From Malacoraja senta (taxonomy: Eukaryota), in contig CM075996.1 of the NCBI GenBank assembly GCA_038087875.1, positions 5,148,001 through 5,212,000 on the forward strand: a DNA stretch of 64,000 nucleotides, written 5' to 3'. The first letter of the stretch is position 1. The number at the start of each line of letters is the position of its first letter. Below are positions 12,141 through 23,044 of this stretch, one piece after another. The notes beneath the pieces were generated by a model, which was not told the DNA's origin, ran no database searches, and worked only from the letters and a program-made list of their open reading frames with translations. A program made the position numbers and the translations under genes.

Positions 12141-13811
12141 CTTGAAGTGGAGCTCAATGAGTTAGAGATTTGAAAGAACATTAGTAGACCTTGGTTAGCA
12201 GACCAAGGCAGTGCTGAATCTACTCTAGGAGGCAACAAAACACCATGGATAAAGGTGAAAGGTCGAGAGCCGAAACGTCACCTACTCCTTCGCTCCATAG
12301 ATGCTGCCTGTCCCGCTGAGTTTCTCCAGCATTTTTGTCTACCATGGATAAAGGTTAACACAGCAACTGGGTTGTAAGAGCAGAATAATTGCAGAGGATG
12401 TGGGGTCAGAAGCTCATGCTTGGATCAAACAGAACACTGAGACACTGGATATGGCTGCGTACTGCTTCAATGTTTGTTCACCTTATTAAATCTCGAAGAT
12501 TAAAGATAATCTGTTTCCTGTTGAGATTCGTCAGTGGAACAGGAAAAACATAGGCCACGTTTAGCGCCCCAGATAAGGGAATCTTGCCCAGTCCAGCGGC
12601 CGGTTCTCGTCCCAACCACTTCCCTCGGCGATTTCCGACCGCTTCTGAGACGCGATGCGATTTGTTTGCCCGAGCTGGAGAACAAGGTTTGATAAATAAC
12701 CAGGGTCACGACCTCTGCTCAAGCAAGACTCTCCAGCAGAACGCGGCAGGATTCAGGTAAGGCTGGGACGTGGATGTAACATTGATGAAGGCAATTTTGT
12801 TGAAAACATTAGCGGTGGTGCTGGTTTCCGACAGGCATCACCAAGCCCATGAGTAACGAATGCTCTCCACCCTCATCACAAAGATTTGGATTTATTTAAC
12901 TTTTAAATATTAATTTTTTGGAATGCTGGTGTCAATAGCAAAGCCAGTATTTATTTATTTTATCTATTTGGTGATTAGTAGAAGTTGGTGGAAATCTCTC
13001 TCATTGGTGACACTGGGACTATCCTTGATCAGACTTTGCTGGCTTTACCTTGCACTAAATGTTATTCCCCAATCATGTATCTATACACTGTCGATGGCTC
13101 GATTATAATCGCGTGTTGTCTTTCTGCTGACTGGATAGCACGCAACGAAAGCTTTTCATAGAGTCGTAGAGTGATACAGTGTGGAAACAGGCCCTTCGGC
13201 CCAACTCGCCCACACCGGCCAACATGCCCCAGCTACACTAGTCCCACCTGCCTGCGCTTGGTCCATATCCCTCCAAACCTGTCCTATCCATGTACCTGTG
13301 TAACTGTGTCTTAAATGTTGGGATAGTCCAGGCCTCAACTACCTCCTCTGGCAGCTTGTTCCATGTTCACGGTGACAATAAACTAAACTGAAAATTCACC
13401 AGCAGGGAGGTCATTCATGTTTGTCCTGTTAAAACAGATATATCGTATGGTGCTAAAACATTGCTGCTGACAGCTTGTTCCCAGGCACCAAGTGAGAGAG
13501 CAGCTTCTGGAATCAGCCTGTAGCAGAAGAACTAGAGGACAAAAGCAGGAAGCCGATCGGCAGCAGATACCATTAATATACGACTGGAAATGACTTAAAT
13601 CCCCTGCACAGCCACCTGACCCCTGCACCAAGTGTACTCTTTAGATAAACATTGGCTTTCTAATGTAGATAAGCTTGCATTTATAGGAAATTAAACCTAC
13701 GTGGTCACGGGGAGAACGTACAAAATCTGTACAGGCAGCACCCGTAGTCAGGATCGAACCCGGGTCTCTGGCGATCTAACTCTACTGCTGCGCCACCGTG
13801 CCGCCCTGTAT

Positions 13812-14560
13812 ACATAGATACATAGAAAATAGGTGCAGGAGTAGGCCATTCGGCCCTTCGAGCCAGCACCGCCATTCAATATGATCATGGCTGATCATCC
13901 AACTCAGTATCCCGTACCTGCCTTCTCTCCATACCCCCTGATCCCTTTAGCCACAAGGGCCACATCTAACTCCCTCTTAAATATAGCCAATGAACTGGCC
14001 TCAACTACCCTCTGGCAGAGAGTTCCAGAGATTCACCACTCTCTGTGTGAAAAGGTTTTTCCTCATCTCGGTCTTAAAGGATTTCCCCCTTATCCTTAAG
14101 CTGTGACCCCTTGTCCTGGACTTTCCCAACATCGGGAACAATCTTCCTGCATCTAGCCTGTCCAACCCCATAAGAATTTTGTACGTTTCTATAAGATCCC
14201 CTCTCAATCTCCTAAATTCTAGCGAGTATAAGCCAAGTCTATCCAGTCTTTCTTCATATGAAAGTCCTGACATCCCAGGAATCAGTCTGGTGAACCTTCT
14301 CTGCACTCCCTCTATGGCTATAATGTCCTTCCTCAGATTTGGAGACCAAAACTGTACGCAATACTCCAGGTGTGGTCTCACCAAGACCCTGTACAACTGC
14401 AGTAGAACCTCCCTGCTCCTATACTCAAATCCTCTTGCTATGAAGGCCAACATACCATTCTCTTTCTTCACTGCCTGCTGCACCTGCATGCCTACTTTCA
14501 ATGACTGGTGTACCATGACACCCAGGTCTCGCTGCATCTCCCCATCTCCTAATCGGCCAC
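13812..14560 (-). mobile_element. CR1-like LINE 3' fragment
   Basis: QRDLGVMVH...[19 protein letters not shown]...[13 protein letters not shown]...[10 protein letters not shown]. Confidence 0.9.
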
Positions 14561-15396
14561 CATATGTAGATGCAATACTAGTATAACATAGGACTAGTGT
14601 AAGGGTGATGTTTGGTCGGTGTGGACTCGGTGGGCCGAAGGGCCTGGTTCCATGCTGTATCTCTAAACTAAACTAAATATTCCTGCATATAATAGGTGGC
14701 CTGGGTACAGAGTACAATGGTCAAGCTGATTGATTTGCTTCCGGAGATCCTGCTCCAAATGGTGAATAATCCCCTCCCTTTATGAAAACACTCTCGGCAG
14801 CCGTGAGCTTTGGTGCTGATGAAGTACAACCTGTATCCTGGCATGATGCACATCAGTCACCGATGAGAGACACAAAATGCTGGAGCAACTCAGAGGGACA
14901 GGCAGCATCTGTGGATAGAAGGAATGGGTGACGTTCAGGGCCGAGACTGAAGAAGGGTCTCGACCCCAAATATCTCCCGTCCCTTCTATCCACAGATGCG
15001 GTTTGTCCCGCTGAGTTACTCCAGCATTTTTTTGTCTATCTTCGGCATAAACCAGCATCTGCAGTTCAATAGACAATAGACAACAGGTGCAGGAGTAGGC
15101 CATTCGGCCCTTCGAGCCAGCCGGTGCTGGCTGATCATCCCCAATCAGTACCCCGTTCCTGCCTTCTCCCCATATCCCTGTCTCCGCTATTTTTAAAGAG
15201 CCCTATCTAGCTCTCTCTTGAAAGTATCCAGAGAACCTGCCTCTGAGGCAGAGAATTCCACAGTTCCACAATTCCACAGTTCCTTGGTACACATGTTCCG
15301 TTTAAAGATTTTGGGGAGGGTGATCTGATGAAAAGTACAGCCTGTATCCTGGCACGTTGCACATCACTCACCCAGGCGCCTTTGCCTTTGCAGAAG

Positions 15397-15838
15397 ATGC
15401 CGCTCGTGGGATTCCTCCTGTGCTGGGCGACGCTGGCGTGTTTGTTTACCGCGACGGTGGAAAGCCCGGAGAACGACCAGTGCCCGCAAGGATGCGAGTG
15501 CTCTGCTCACCGCCTGCACGTCAGCTGCACCAATATCAGCCTGGCCGACATCCCCACCCAGCTGCCCAGCTTCACCTCCCAGCTGCGCCTCAGCTCCGAG
15601 CGCCTGCCGGAGATTGCAGCCAATGCTTTCCTCAACCTGCCCGCTCTGACCACCCTGTACCTGAACAACAACAACATCAGCAGGCTGGCGCCAGGGGCCT
15701 TCAATGGGCTGGCTCAACTGGTATACCTGCACCTTAACAACAACAGTATCGAAGAGCTGCAGGTTGGAGTTTTTGAGAACGTAACCAAACTTGCTTTCCT
15801 CTACTTGGAAAACAATCTCCTTGCCAACATCGTACCAG
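15397..15838 (+). CDS. Chondroadherin-like LRR-FN3-TM protein, coding exon 1 (signal peptide, LRRNT, first LRRs)
   Basis: Acceptor tttgcctttgcAG|AAGATG. Encodes MPLVGFLLCWATLACLFTATVES..., LRRNT CPQGCEC...HVSC, then LxxLxLxxN repeats. Phase-1 donor CCAG|GTATCT. Confidence 0.9.
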
Positions 15839-15857
15839 GTATCTGAACGCTAGTCTG

Positions 15858-16365
15858 TCAAGTCAAGTCACATTTATTTATATAGCACATTTAAAAAACA
15901 ACTCTCGTTGGCCAAAGTGCTTTACATTTGTTATAAGAATAGTATAAACAAAACAAACTACATATATATATATATACATGTAGCCCTCACTCAGAGGACG
16001 TCAGGAAAGGCTTGGGAATATAGATAAGTTTTTAGTCTTGACTTAAAGGAGTCGATGGAGGGGGCAGTTCTGATGGGAAGGGGGATGCTGTTCCACAGTC
16101 TAGCGGCTGCAACCGCAAAGGCGCGGTCGCCCCTGAGCTTATGCCTAGACCGCGGGATATTCAGCAACCCCGTCGGCCGATCTGAGGGGCCTGGAGGTGG
16201 AGTGGTGGGTGAGAAGACTTTTGATGTAGGTGGGGGCAAGCCCATTGAGGGCTTTGTAGACATGGAGGAGAATCTTGAAGTTTATACGGAACCGCACAGG
16301 GAGCCAGTGGAGAGAGGCCAGGATCGGGGTGATGTGGTCCCTTTTTCGGGGGTGCCCATCAGGAT
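15858..16365 (-). mobile_element. L2-like LINE 3' fragment in intron 1 of the LRR-FN3-TM gene
   Basis: LLNIPRSRHKLRGDRAFAVAAARLWNSIP...FKSRLKTYL; (GACTT)n tail. Confidence 0.8.
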
Positions 16366-16660
16366 GTGTTGTGCAGACTAACGTGCTGTTATTGCCCCTT
16401 TAAAACTGTCTAGTGAAGGTGATTGGACTATATTGTTGTCTAGTTCAATATCAATCAATATCAGTTTTATTCGTCACATTGCACATAAAGTGCAAGTGAA
16501 ATGAATTTGCCAGCAGCGGTACAATGATAAAGAACACACAATACACAATAAAATGTAACACAAACATCCACCACAGCATTCATCACTGTGGTGGAAGGCA
16601 CAACATTTGGCCAGTCCTCCTCCATTTCCCCCGTGGTCGGGACCTCAACCCTAGTTTATT

Positions 16661-16920
16661 CTGTCTGCAGGATTGTGTTCAGTATTTAGCCTGTTTGCAG
16701 TATTGCGTTCAGTATTTAGCCTGTTTGCAGTATTGTGTTCAGTATTTAGCCTGTTTACAGTATTGTGTTCAGTATTTAGCCTGTTTGCAGTATTGTGTTC
16801 AGTATTTAGCCTGTTTGCAGTATTGCGTTCAGTATTTAGCCTGTTTGCAGTATTGTGCTCAGTATTTAGCCTGTTTGCAGTATTGTGCTCAGTATTTAGC
16901 CTGTCTGCAGTATTGTGTTC
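16661..16920. repeat. 30-bp minisatellite (AGTATTTAGCCTGTTTGCAGTATTGTGTTC) x8 plus a partial unit
   Basis: Contiguous units without spacers, running directly into a CR1 LINE fragment. Confidence 0.95.
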
Positions 16921-17420
16921 AGTTTTGGTCACCCTCCTACAGGTAGGGTTGTTAAACTGGAAAGAAGACATTGATTTACAAGGATGTTGCCAAGTCTCAA
17001 TGGGCCGGGGCTCCAGGGAGAGGTTGGGCAGGCTAGGATTTTATTCCTTGGAAGGCAGGAGGCTGAGGGGTGATCTTACAGAGGTGTATCAAATCATGAG
17101 GGGAATAGATAGGGCAAATGCACAGAGTCTATTACCCAGAGTAGGTGAAGCTAGAACCAGAGAACATAGGTTTCAGGCAAGAGGAGCAAGATTTCATTGG
17201 AACCCAAGTGGCAACTTTTTCTACTCAGAGATGCGGCGAGCATATAGAACGAGCTGCCAGAGGAGGATGTTGAGGCAGCCTTTAAAAGACACTTGGACAG
17301 GCACATGGGTAAAAAGGTTCAGAGGGCTGTGGGCCAAAACGCAGGCAAATGGGACTATCTTAGATGGGGCATGTTAGTCAGCATGGATGAGTTCAGCTGA
17401 AGAGCCTATTTCTTTGCAGT
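16905..17420 (+). mobile_element. CR1-like LINE 3' fragment
   Basis: [11 protein letters not shown]...ERLGRLGFYSLEGRRLRGDLTEVYQIMRG. Confidence 0.8.
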
Positions 17421-18021
17421 CAATGTTTTTATGCACAGAGATTGGTGAAAATCTGGAACGAGCTGTTGGAGGAGGTGGTAGAGGCAGATATAATTATAAG
17501 TAATAAGAATAATTTTTAAGTTTAGTTTCGTTTAGAGATACAGTGATAAACACCGGCCCTTCGGCCCATCGAATCCGCGCCGACTAGCGATCCCCGCACA
17601 CTAACACTGTCCCGCACACACCAGGGACAATTATACCATGCCAATTAGCCTACACACTTGTACGCCTTTGGAGTGTGAGAGCAAACCGAAGATCTTGGCG
17701 AAAACCCACACTGTCACGGAGAGAACGTACAAACTCCGTACAGACAGCACCCGTAGTCAGGAACGAACCGGGGTCTCTGGTGTTGTAGGCAGCAACTCTA
17801 CCACTGCGCCACCGTGCCACCCTTAGTTGGGTAGAAAAGGAGTAGAGGGATACAGGGGCAATGTGGAAAGATTGGTTTAGTCTCACACTCAGCACAGATG
17901 CGATGGGCCATTAGGGCTGATTCTGTGCTTCACAATTCGATGACTACACGATCACAAAACTGTGAGGACAATAGTAGAATTCAAAGGGCTGTTTCAATGC
18001 AGATAGATACAAAAACCGTGC

Positions 18022-18470
18022 AACAGACAATAGGTGCAGGAGTAGGCCATTTGGCCCTTCGAGCCAGCACCGCCATTCAATGTGATCATGGCTGATCATC
18101 CCCAATCAGTACCCTGTTCCTGCCTTCTCCCCATATCCCCCGACTCCGCTATTTTTAAGAGCCCTATCTAGCTCTCTCTTGAAAGCATCCAGAGAACCTG
18201 CCTCCACCGCCCTCTGAGGCAGAGAATTGCACAGACTCACCACTCTCTGTGAGAAAAAGTGTTTCGTCGTCTCTGTTCTAAATGGCTTACTCCATATTCT
18301 TAAACTGTGGCCCCTGGTTCTGGACTCCCCCAACATCGGGAACATGTTTCCTGCCTCTAGTGTGTCCAAGCCCTTAACAATCTTATATGTTTCAATGAGA
18401 TACCCTCTCATCCTTCTAAACTCCAGAATGTACAAGCCCAGCTGCTCCATTCTCTCAGCATATGACAGTC
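18022..18470 (-). mobile_element. CR1-like LINE 3' fragment
   Basis: LSYAERMEQLGLYILEFRRMRG...RTRGHSLRI. Confidence 0.85.
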
Positions 18471-18505
18471 GCAATGTTTCATTTCATTCTCTGCCTTTGT
18501 CCCAG

Positions 18506-19104
18506 GTGTGTTTTCCTCCTTGATAAAACTGAACGTTCTCAACCTCAGCAACAACCGTCTCACCAGTGTGAAGGACGGGACATTCAAGAGGCTTTCAGCA
18601 CTGCGATGGCTGTTCCTCAGCAATAACCAAATCAAGGCCATCTCCTCGAGGGCCTTTGCTGGCAACAGAGCCCTGAGGAATCTTTACCTCGACAACAACC
18701 AGCTGACGGCTGTGCCGCTCCGCACCTTGAAGAGACTAGAATTCCTGCAGATAAGCAACAACAACATCTCCAGTTTGAAAGCGGTCAATTTTAGTGGAAG
18801 GCTAAAGTTCTTGATCCAGCTGTACATGGACAACCTGTTTCTGGACCAAGACCCGAGTTGGGCATTTTCCAGGTTTCGACTGCTGGAGATTCTGAGCATG
18901 AGGAACAACCGCTTGGCGACCTTATCCTACAACAAATCTTTCAAGTCCGTCAAGCAGTTTGGACTGAGCGGGAATGCCTGGAGGTGTGACTGCCAACTGC
19001 TCTGGCTCCAAGCTTGGCTTCTGAAACACGGAGCGGCAGACCAGAGAGAGGTCACGTGTAGTTCGCCCAGTACCCATTCCGGGAAGCTTCTCGTCAATAT
19101 ACAG
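18506..19104 (+). CDS. Chondroadherin-like LRR-FN3-TM protein, coding exon 2 (LRRs + LRRCT start)
   Basis: Acceptor ctgcctttgtcccAG|GT completes the split Gly codon. Encodes VFSSLIKLNVLNLSNNRL...LRWLFLSNNQI...GNAWRCDCQLLWLQAWL...VTCSSPSTHSGKLLVNIQ. Phase-0 donor CAG|GTAAAA. Confidence 0.92.
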
Positions 19105-19130
19105 GTAAAAAAAATAATCAAATTATGTTT

Positions 19131-19506
19131 CATAGAAACATAGAAAATAGGTGCAGGAGTAGGAGTAGGCGATTCAGCCCTTCAATATGATCATGGCTGA
19201 TCATCCAACTCAGTATCCCGTACCTGCCTTCTCTCCATACCCCCTGATCCCTTTAGCCACAAGGGCCACATCTAACTCCCTCCTAAATATAGCCAATGAA
19301 CTGGCCTCAACTACCTTCTGTGGCAGAGAATTCCACAGATTCACCACTCTCTGTGTGAAAAATGTTTTTCTCATCTCGGTCCTAAAAGATTTTCCCTTTA
19401 TCCTTAAACTGTGACCCCTTGTCCTGGACTTCCCCAACATCGGGAACAATCTTCCTGCATCTAGCCTGTCCAACCGCTTAAGAATTTTGTAAGTTTCTAT
19501 AAGATC
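19131..19506 (-). mobile_element. CR1-like LINE 3' fragment
   Basis: [26 protein letters not shown]...[10 protein letters not shown]; (TTTCTATG)n tail. Confidence 0.85.
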
Positions 19507-20452
19507 CTCAGTTTACTCAGTTTCTATAAGATTTCAGTTTACAAGTTCTGCCAAGGCACAATACAAGCAAGGGCGTTCCATTTAAAAAGTACAAAAAAAC
19601 AACAACAAGCCAATATGTGCTTATCAAGTGCCCAAGCATCCAGGTAACTTGCTTTACTAATGTTTAAACTTTAGAGATACAGCGTGGGAACAGGCCCTTC
19701 GGCCCAATGTGTCCGCGCCGACCAGCGATCACCCTGTACAAGAGCACCATCCTACACACTAGGGACAATTTACAGAAGCCAATTAACCTACAAACCTACA
19801 CGTCTTTGGAATGTGGGAGGAAACCGGAGCACCCGGAGAAAACCCACGCGGTGACAGGGGGAACGTGCAAACTCCGTACGAACAGCACCTGTAGTCAGGA
19901 TTGAACCCCCGGTCTCTGGCGCTGTAAGGCAGCAACTCTACCGCTGCGCCACCCCCAACTAGTCCCCCTATGAACTTTTGCTCTACATAATGCTTCCCTC
20001 AATCTTCTCTTTCTATTCCCACACCGAGGGGCGGCAATGTGGCACAGCTCGTGGAGATTCTGCCTCATGGCTCCAAAGATCTTGGTTCAATCCTGACCTC
20101 AACTGCTGTCTGTACGGAGTTTGCACTTCTCCTTGGGACTGCTTGAGTTTCGTCCAGGTGCTCCGCATCCCAAAGATACATGGATTGATAGGTTAAGTGG
20201 CCCACTGTAAATGGTCTCTGGTCTCCTAGCGCTAACGGCAGGTACTCGGGAAGACTCGCTAACGGCAGGTAAGCACGGGAAGACTCGTGAAGATTTTTCA
20301 ACACAATGAAAAATGTCCACAAGAGCCCCGAAGTACCGACGAGCGGCCATTACCGTAAATCTCCGAGTTCGAATCGGGGCAAACTCGGGAGAACTCTTGG
20401 AATGAACTCGTACCGTGGGACAGGGGTTTAAGGGGGCAGGTGATCGAATCGA

Positions 20453-20768
20453 AAGCCCTGTCCCACTGTACGAGTTATTTCAAGAGTTCTCCCGAGTTAC
20501 CCTGATTCGAACTCGGAGATTTACGGTAATGGCCACTCGTAGGTACGAGTGGCTCTCATGGACATTTTTCAACATGTTGAAATATCTTCCCGAGTCTTCC
20601 CGAGCTTACCGCGTTTCCCGAGTACCTGCCGTTAGTGTTAAGAACCGCTAAGAGACGTCCCGAGTTCCGACATACCCGCTACGGACATTCTACATGCTTC
20701 CACGAGTTTGATTTTTTTTTTAAACTCGGGAGAGCTCTTGAATGAACTCTGACAGTGGGACAGGGCTT
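20453..20768. mobile_element. PIF/Harbinger-like MITE, with an inverted partial copy at about 20225-20430
   Basis: Perfect 17-bp TIR AAGCCCTGTCCCACTGT / ACAGTGGGACAGGGCTT; internally quasi-palindromic. Confidence 0.7.
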
Positions 20769-21016
20769 CTGAGAACGTGAATCAAACAAAAAGGATGGAT
20801 GTAGAATTACTGCAAATGGGTACTTAATAGTCAATTTGAACTGATGTTTCCACGCTGTATCTCTCCAGGACTCTAACATCACTCCCACCTTACATGCTAG
20901 AACTAGACAAAAGAATATTACTTTCTGAAGGAGGTAGGTCCATCAAACGGCCAACTATTTCAAAATTAGTGTCTCCACAAAATCCCAGCGATAGGTCTGT
21001 GCTCCAGATGTGATTA

Positions 21017-21563
21017 TCTGGAGTATTGCGTACAGTTTTGGTCTCCTAATCTGAGGAAGGACATTCTTGCCATAGAGGGAGTACAGAGAAGGTTCACCAG
21101 ACTGATTCCTGGGATGTCAGGACTTTCATATGAGGAAAGACTGGATAGACTCGGCTTGTACTCGCTGGAATTTAGAAGATTGAGGGGGGGATCTTATAGA
21201 AACTTACAAAATTCGTAAGGGGTTGGACAGGCTAGATGCAGGAAGATTGTTCCCGATGTTGGGGAAGTCCAGAACGAGGGGTCACAGTTTAAGGATAAAG
21301 GGGAAATCTTTTAGGACTGCGATGAGAAAAACATTTTTTACACAGAGTGGTGAATCTCGGGAATTCTCTGCCACAGAATGTAGATGAGGCCAGTTCATTG
21401 GCTATATTTAAGAGGGAGTTAGATGTGGCCCTTGTGGCTAAAGGGATCAGAGGGTATGGAGAGAAAGCAGGTACAGGATACTGAGCTGGATGATCAGCCA
21501 TGATCATATTGAATGGCCGAAGGGCCGAATGGCCTACTCCTGCACCTATTTTCTATGTTTCTA
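21017..21563 (+). mobile_element. CR1-like LINE 3' fragment
   Basis: [32 protein letters not shown]...; highly similar to the 13812-14560 copy. Confidence 0.88.
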
Positions 21564-22168
21564 TTAACAGTAGCTCATGGAGTAGACCACAGATCATCAC
21601 CAACAAACACGTGAATTGTTTGCAGAAAGCGATGAATGTAAAGAAGTTTTTGGAGCAGGGGCAAAGTAATGCAAATGCAGAAATCTTCTGCAATAAACAT
21701 TTGTTGTTTTTAAGTACTTGTTAAACCACATGTGATGCAGTAGGGAATCATACCATCAGCTCATCTCCTTGAGGAAGGAGTTTGTTGTTCAATTGGAGAT
21801 GGTGGCTTTCTCATGGTAGACGCACAATGCTCAGGCAGCATCTCTGGAGAGAAGGAATGGGTGACGCTTCGGGTCGAGACCCTTCTTCAGACTGATGTCA
21901 GGCTTTCTCATACCTGTTTGCCATGCAATTAATGGAGTCTCGTCAGCGTTATTGAAGAAGCATTAGCGAATATCTAAAGTTCATTTTGTGAATGTTGCAT
22001 ACAACAAATCAATGGGTAACAATTTAAGGTAATGAGTGGATAGGTTAGATTAGATGAGGTAGCTTGTCTGAAGGATGAACACGAGAATAAAACATTGAAT
22101 CGAAAAGCTTGGTCCGTACCGGATATCTACATATGGATTTAATTGAGTATTGGTGTTCTCTTTTATAG

Positions 22169-23044
22169 GCAGAGTTTCTGACTTGCCCTCCATATGGTTT
22201 TGAAGTCACTGCCACTCCATGGCAAAGGGACAAGAACAAAGGTTCCACTCCGAGAGATCTTCCTTCAACCCAAGGGACTGCTCAGGCCGCCTCTCCAAAC
22301 ACAAGCAGCAAACAGACAACCATGAGGGCCAACACTGTGGAAAAGGCCCTCCCCGTCTATCCGGACCCATGTCTCTCAAATAGGATCAAACAGGTCACAG
22401 TGGATGAAGTGACCACAAACTCCTTGCTGGTGAACTGGGATGTCCCGAAAGATGTGGGCGATGAATACGAGATTCGCTGCAGCACAGCTGCGAAAGTGCA
22501 AATCCTTCACATGATCGGTGGTGTTAGAGAAGTGGAACTGAGTGAACTCAAGGCCAGAACACTTTATAAAATTTGTGTGATCCCTAAAAGCAACAACATC
22601 CATTTATGCCATCGCCCCTCTTCCAATCAATGTTTAGAGGCACATACCGCTGGACTACCAGGTAGTGTAGAGGCTGTACAGTCCGGAGACAAGAATGGAC
22701 AATATGTAATAGTGGGAGGAATTACTTTGATGGTCGTTCTAGTCATTATCAGCGCTGTAATTGCTGCCTTCAAACTCAAGTCAAGGCGCATAAGCTTCCA
22801 GAGACATTACGATGAGGATGCATCCACATACGTTGAACATTTTGAAATAGATCAAAGCAAGATGGACTTTGATCATATCAACAGCGCTTTCGAAGATATC
22901 ATTGACGACAGCAATGTGCATGTCTCTCACGTGGTTCAAAGTCCAAAGGTTGAGAATGTGTGTACGGTGGATTGTTACACAGCCCCTGCAGCAGAGCTAG
23001 GGGCCGCAATTAAATGTACATCATTCAGCAAGGACATCTTGTAA
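22169..23044 (+). CDS. Chondroadherin-like LRR-FN3-TM protein, coding exon 3 (LRRCT end, S/T stalk, FN3, TM, cytoplasmic tail, stop)
   Basis: Acceptor ttctcttttatAG|GCA in phase 0. AEFLTC supplies the last LRRCT cysteine. FN3 motifs VTTNSLLVNW...ELSELKARTLYKICV; TM YVIVGGITLMVVLVIISAVIAAF followed by KLKSRR; ends ...SKDIL*. Exons sum to 1917 nt = 638 aa + stop. Confidence 0.9.
   Translation, partial: AEFLTCPPYGFEVTATPWQRDKNKGSTPRDLPSTQGTAQAASPNTSSKQTTMRANTVEKALPVYPDPCLSNRIKQVTVDEVTTNSLLVNWDVPKDVGDEYEIRCSTAAKVQILHMIGGVREVELSELKARTLYKICVIPKSNNIHLCHRPSSNQCLEAHTAGLPGSVEAVQSGDKNGQYVIVGGITLMVVLVIISAVIAAFKLKSRRISFQRHYDEDASTYVEHFEIDQSKMDFDHINSAFEDIIDDSNVHVSHVVQSPKVENVCTVDCYTAPAAELGAAIKCTSFSKDIL

Noticed and set aside
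16661..16920. 30-bp repeat array as a CRISPR array or a YLACLQYCVQ repeat protein
   Set aside because: No spacers, no cas genes, eukaryotic context; it is an intronic minisatellite joined to a LINE.
15397..23044. Naming the LRR gene as FLRT, TRIL, vasorin, a TLR or a VLR
   Set aside because: No EGF (vasorin), TIR (TLR) or GPI-type stalk (VLR). The CDS is split over three exons, unlike FLRT/TRIL, and the LRR pattern matches chondroadherin better. Left unnamed pending phylogeny.
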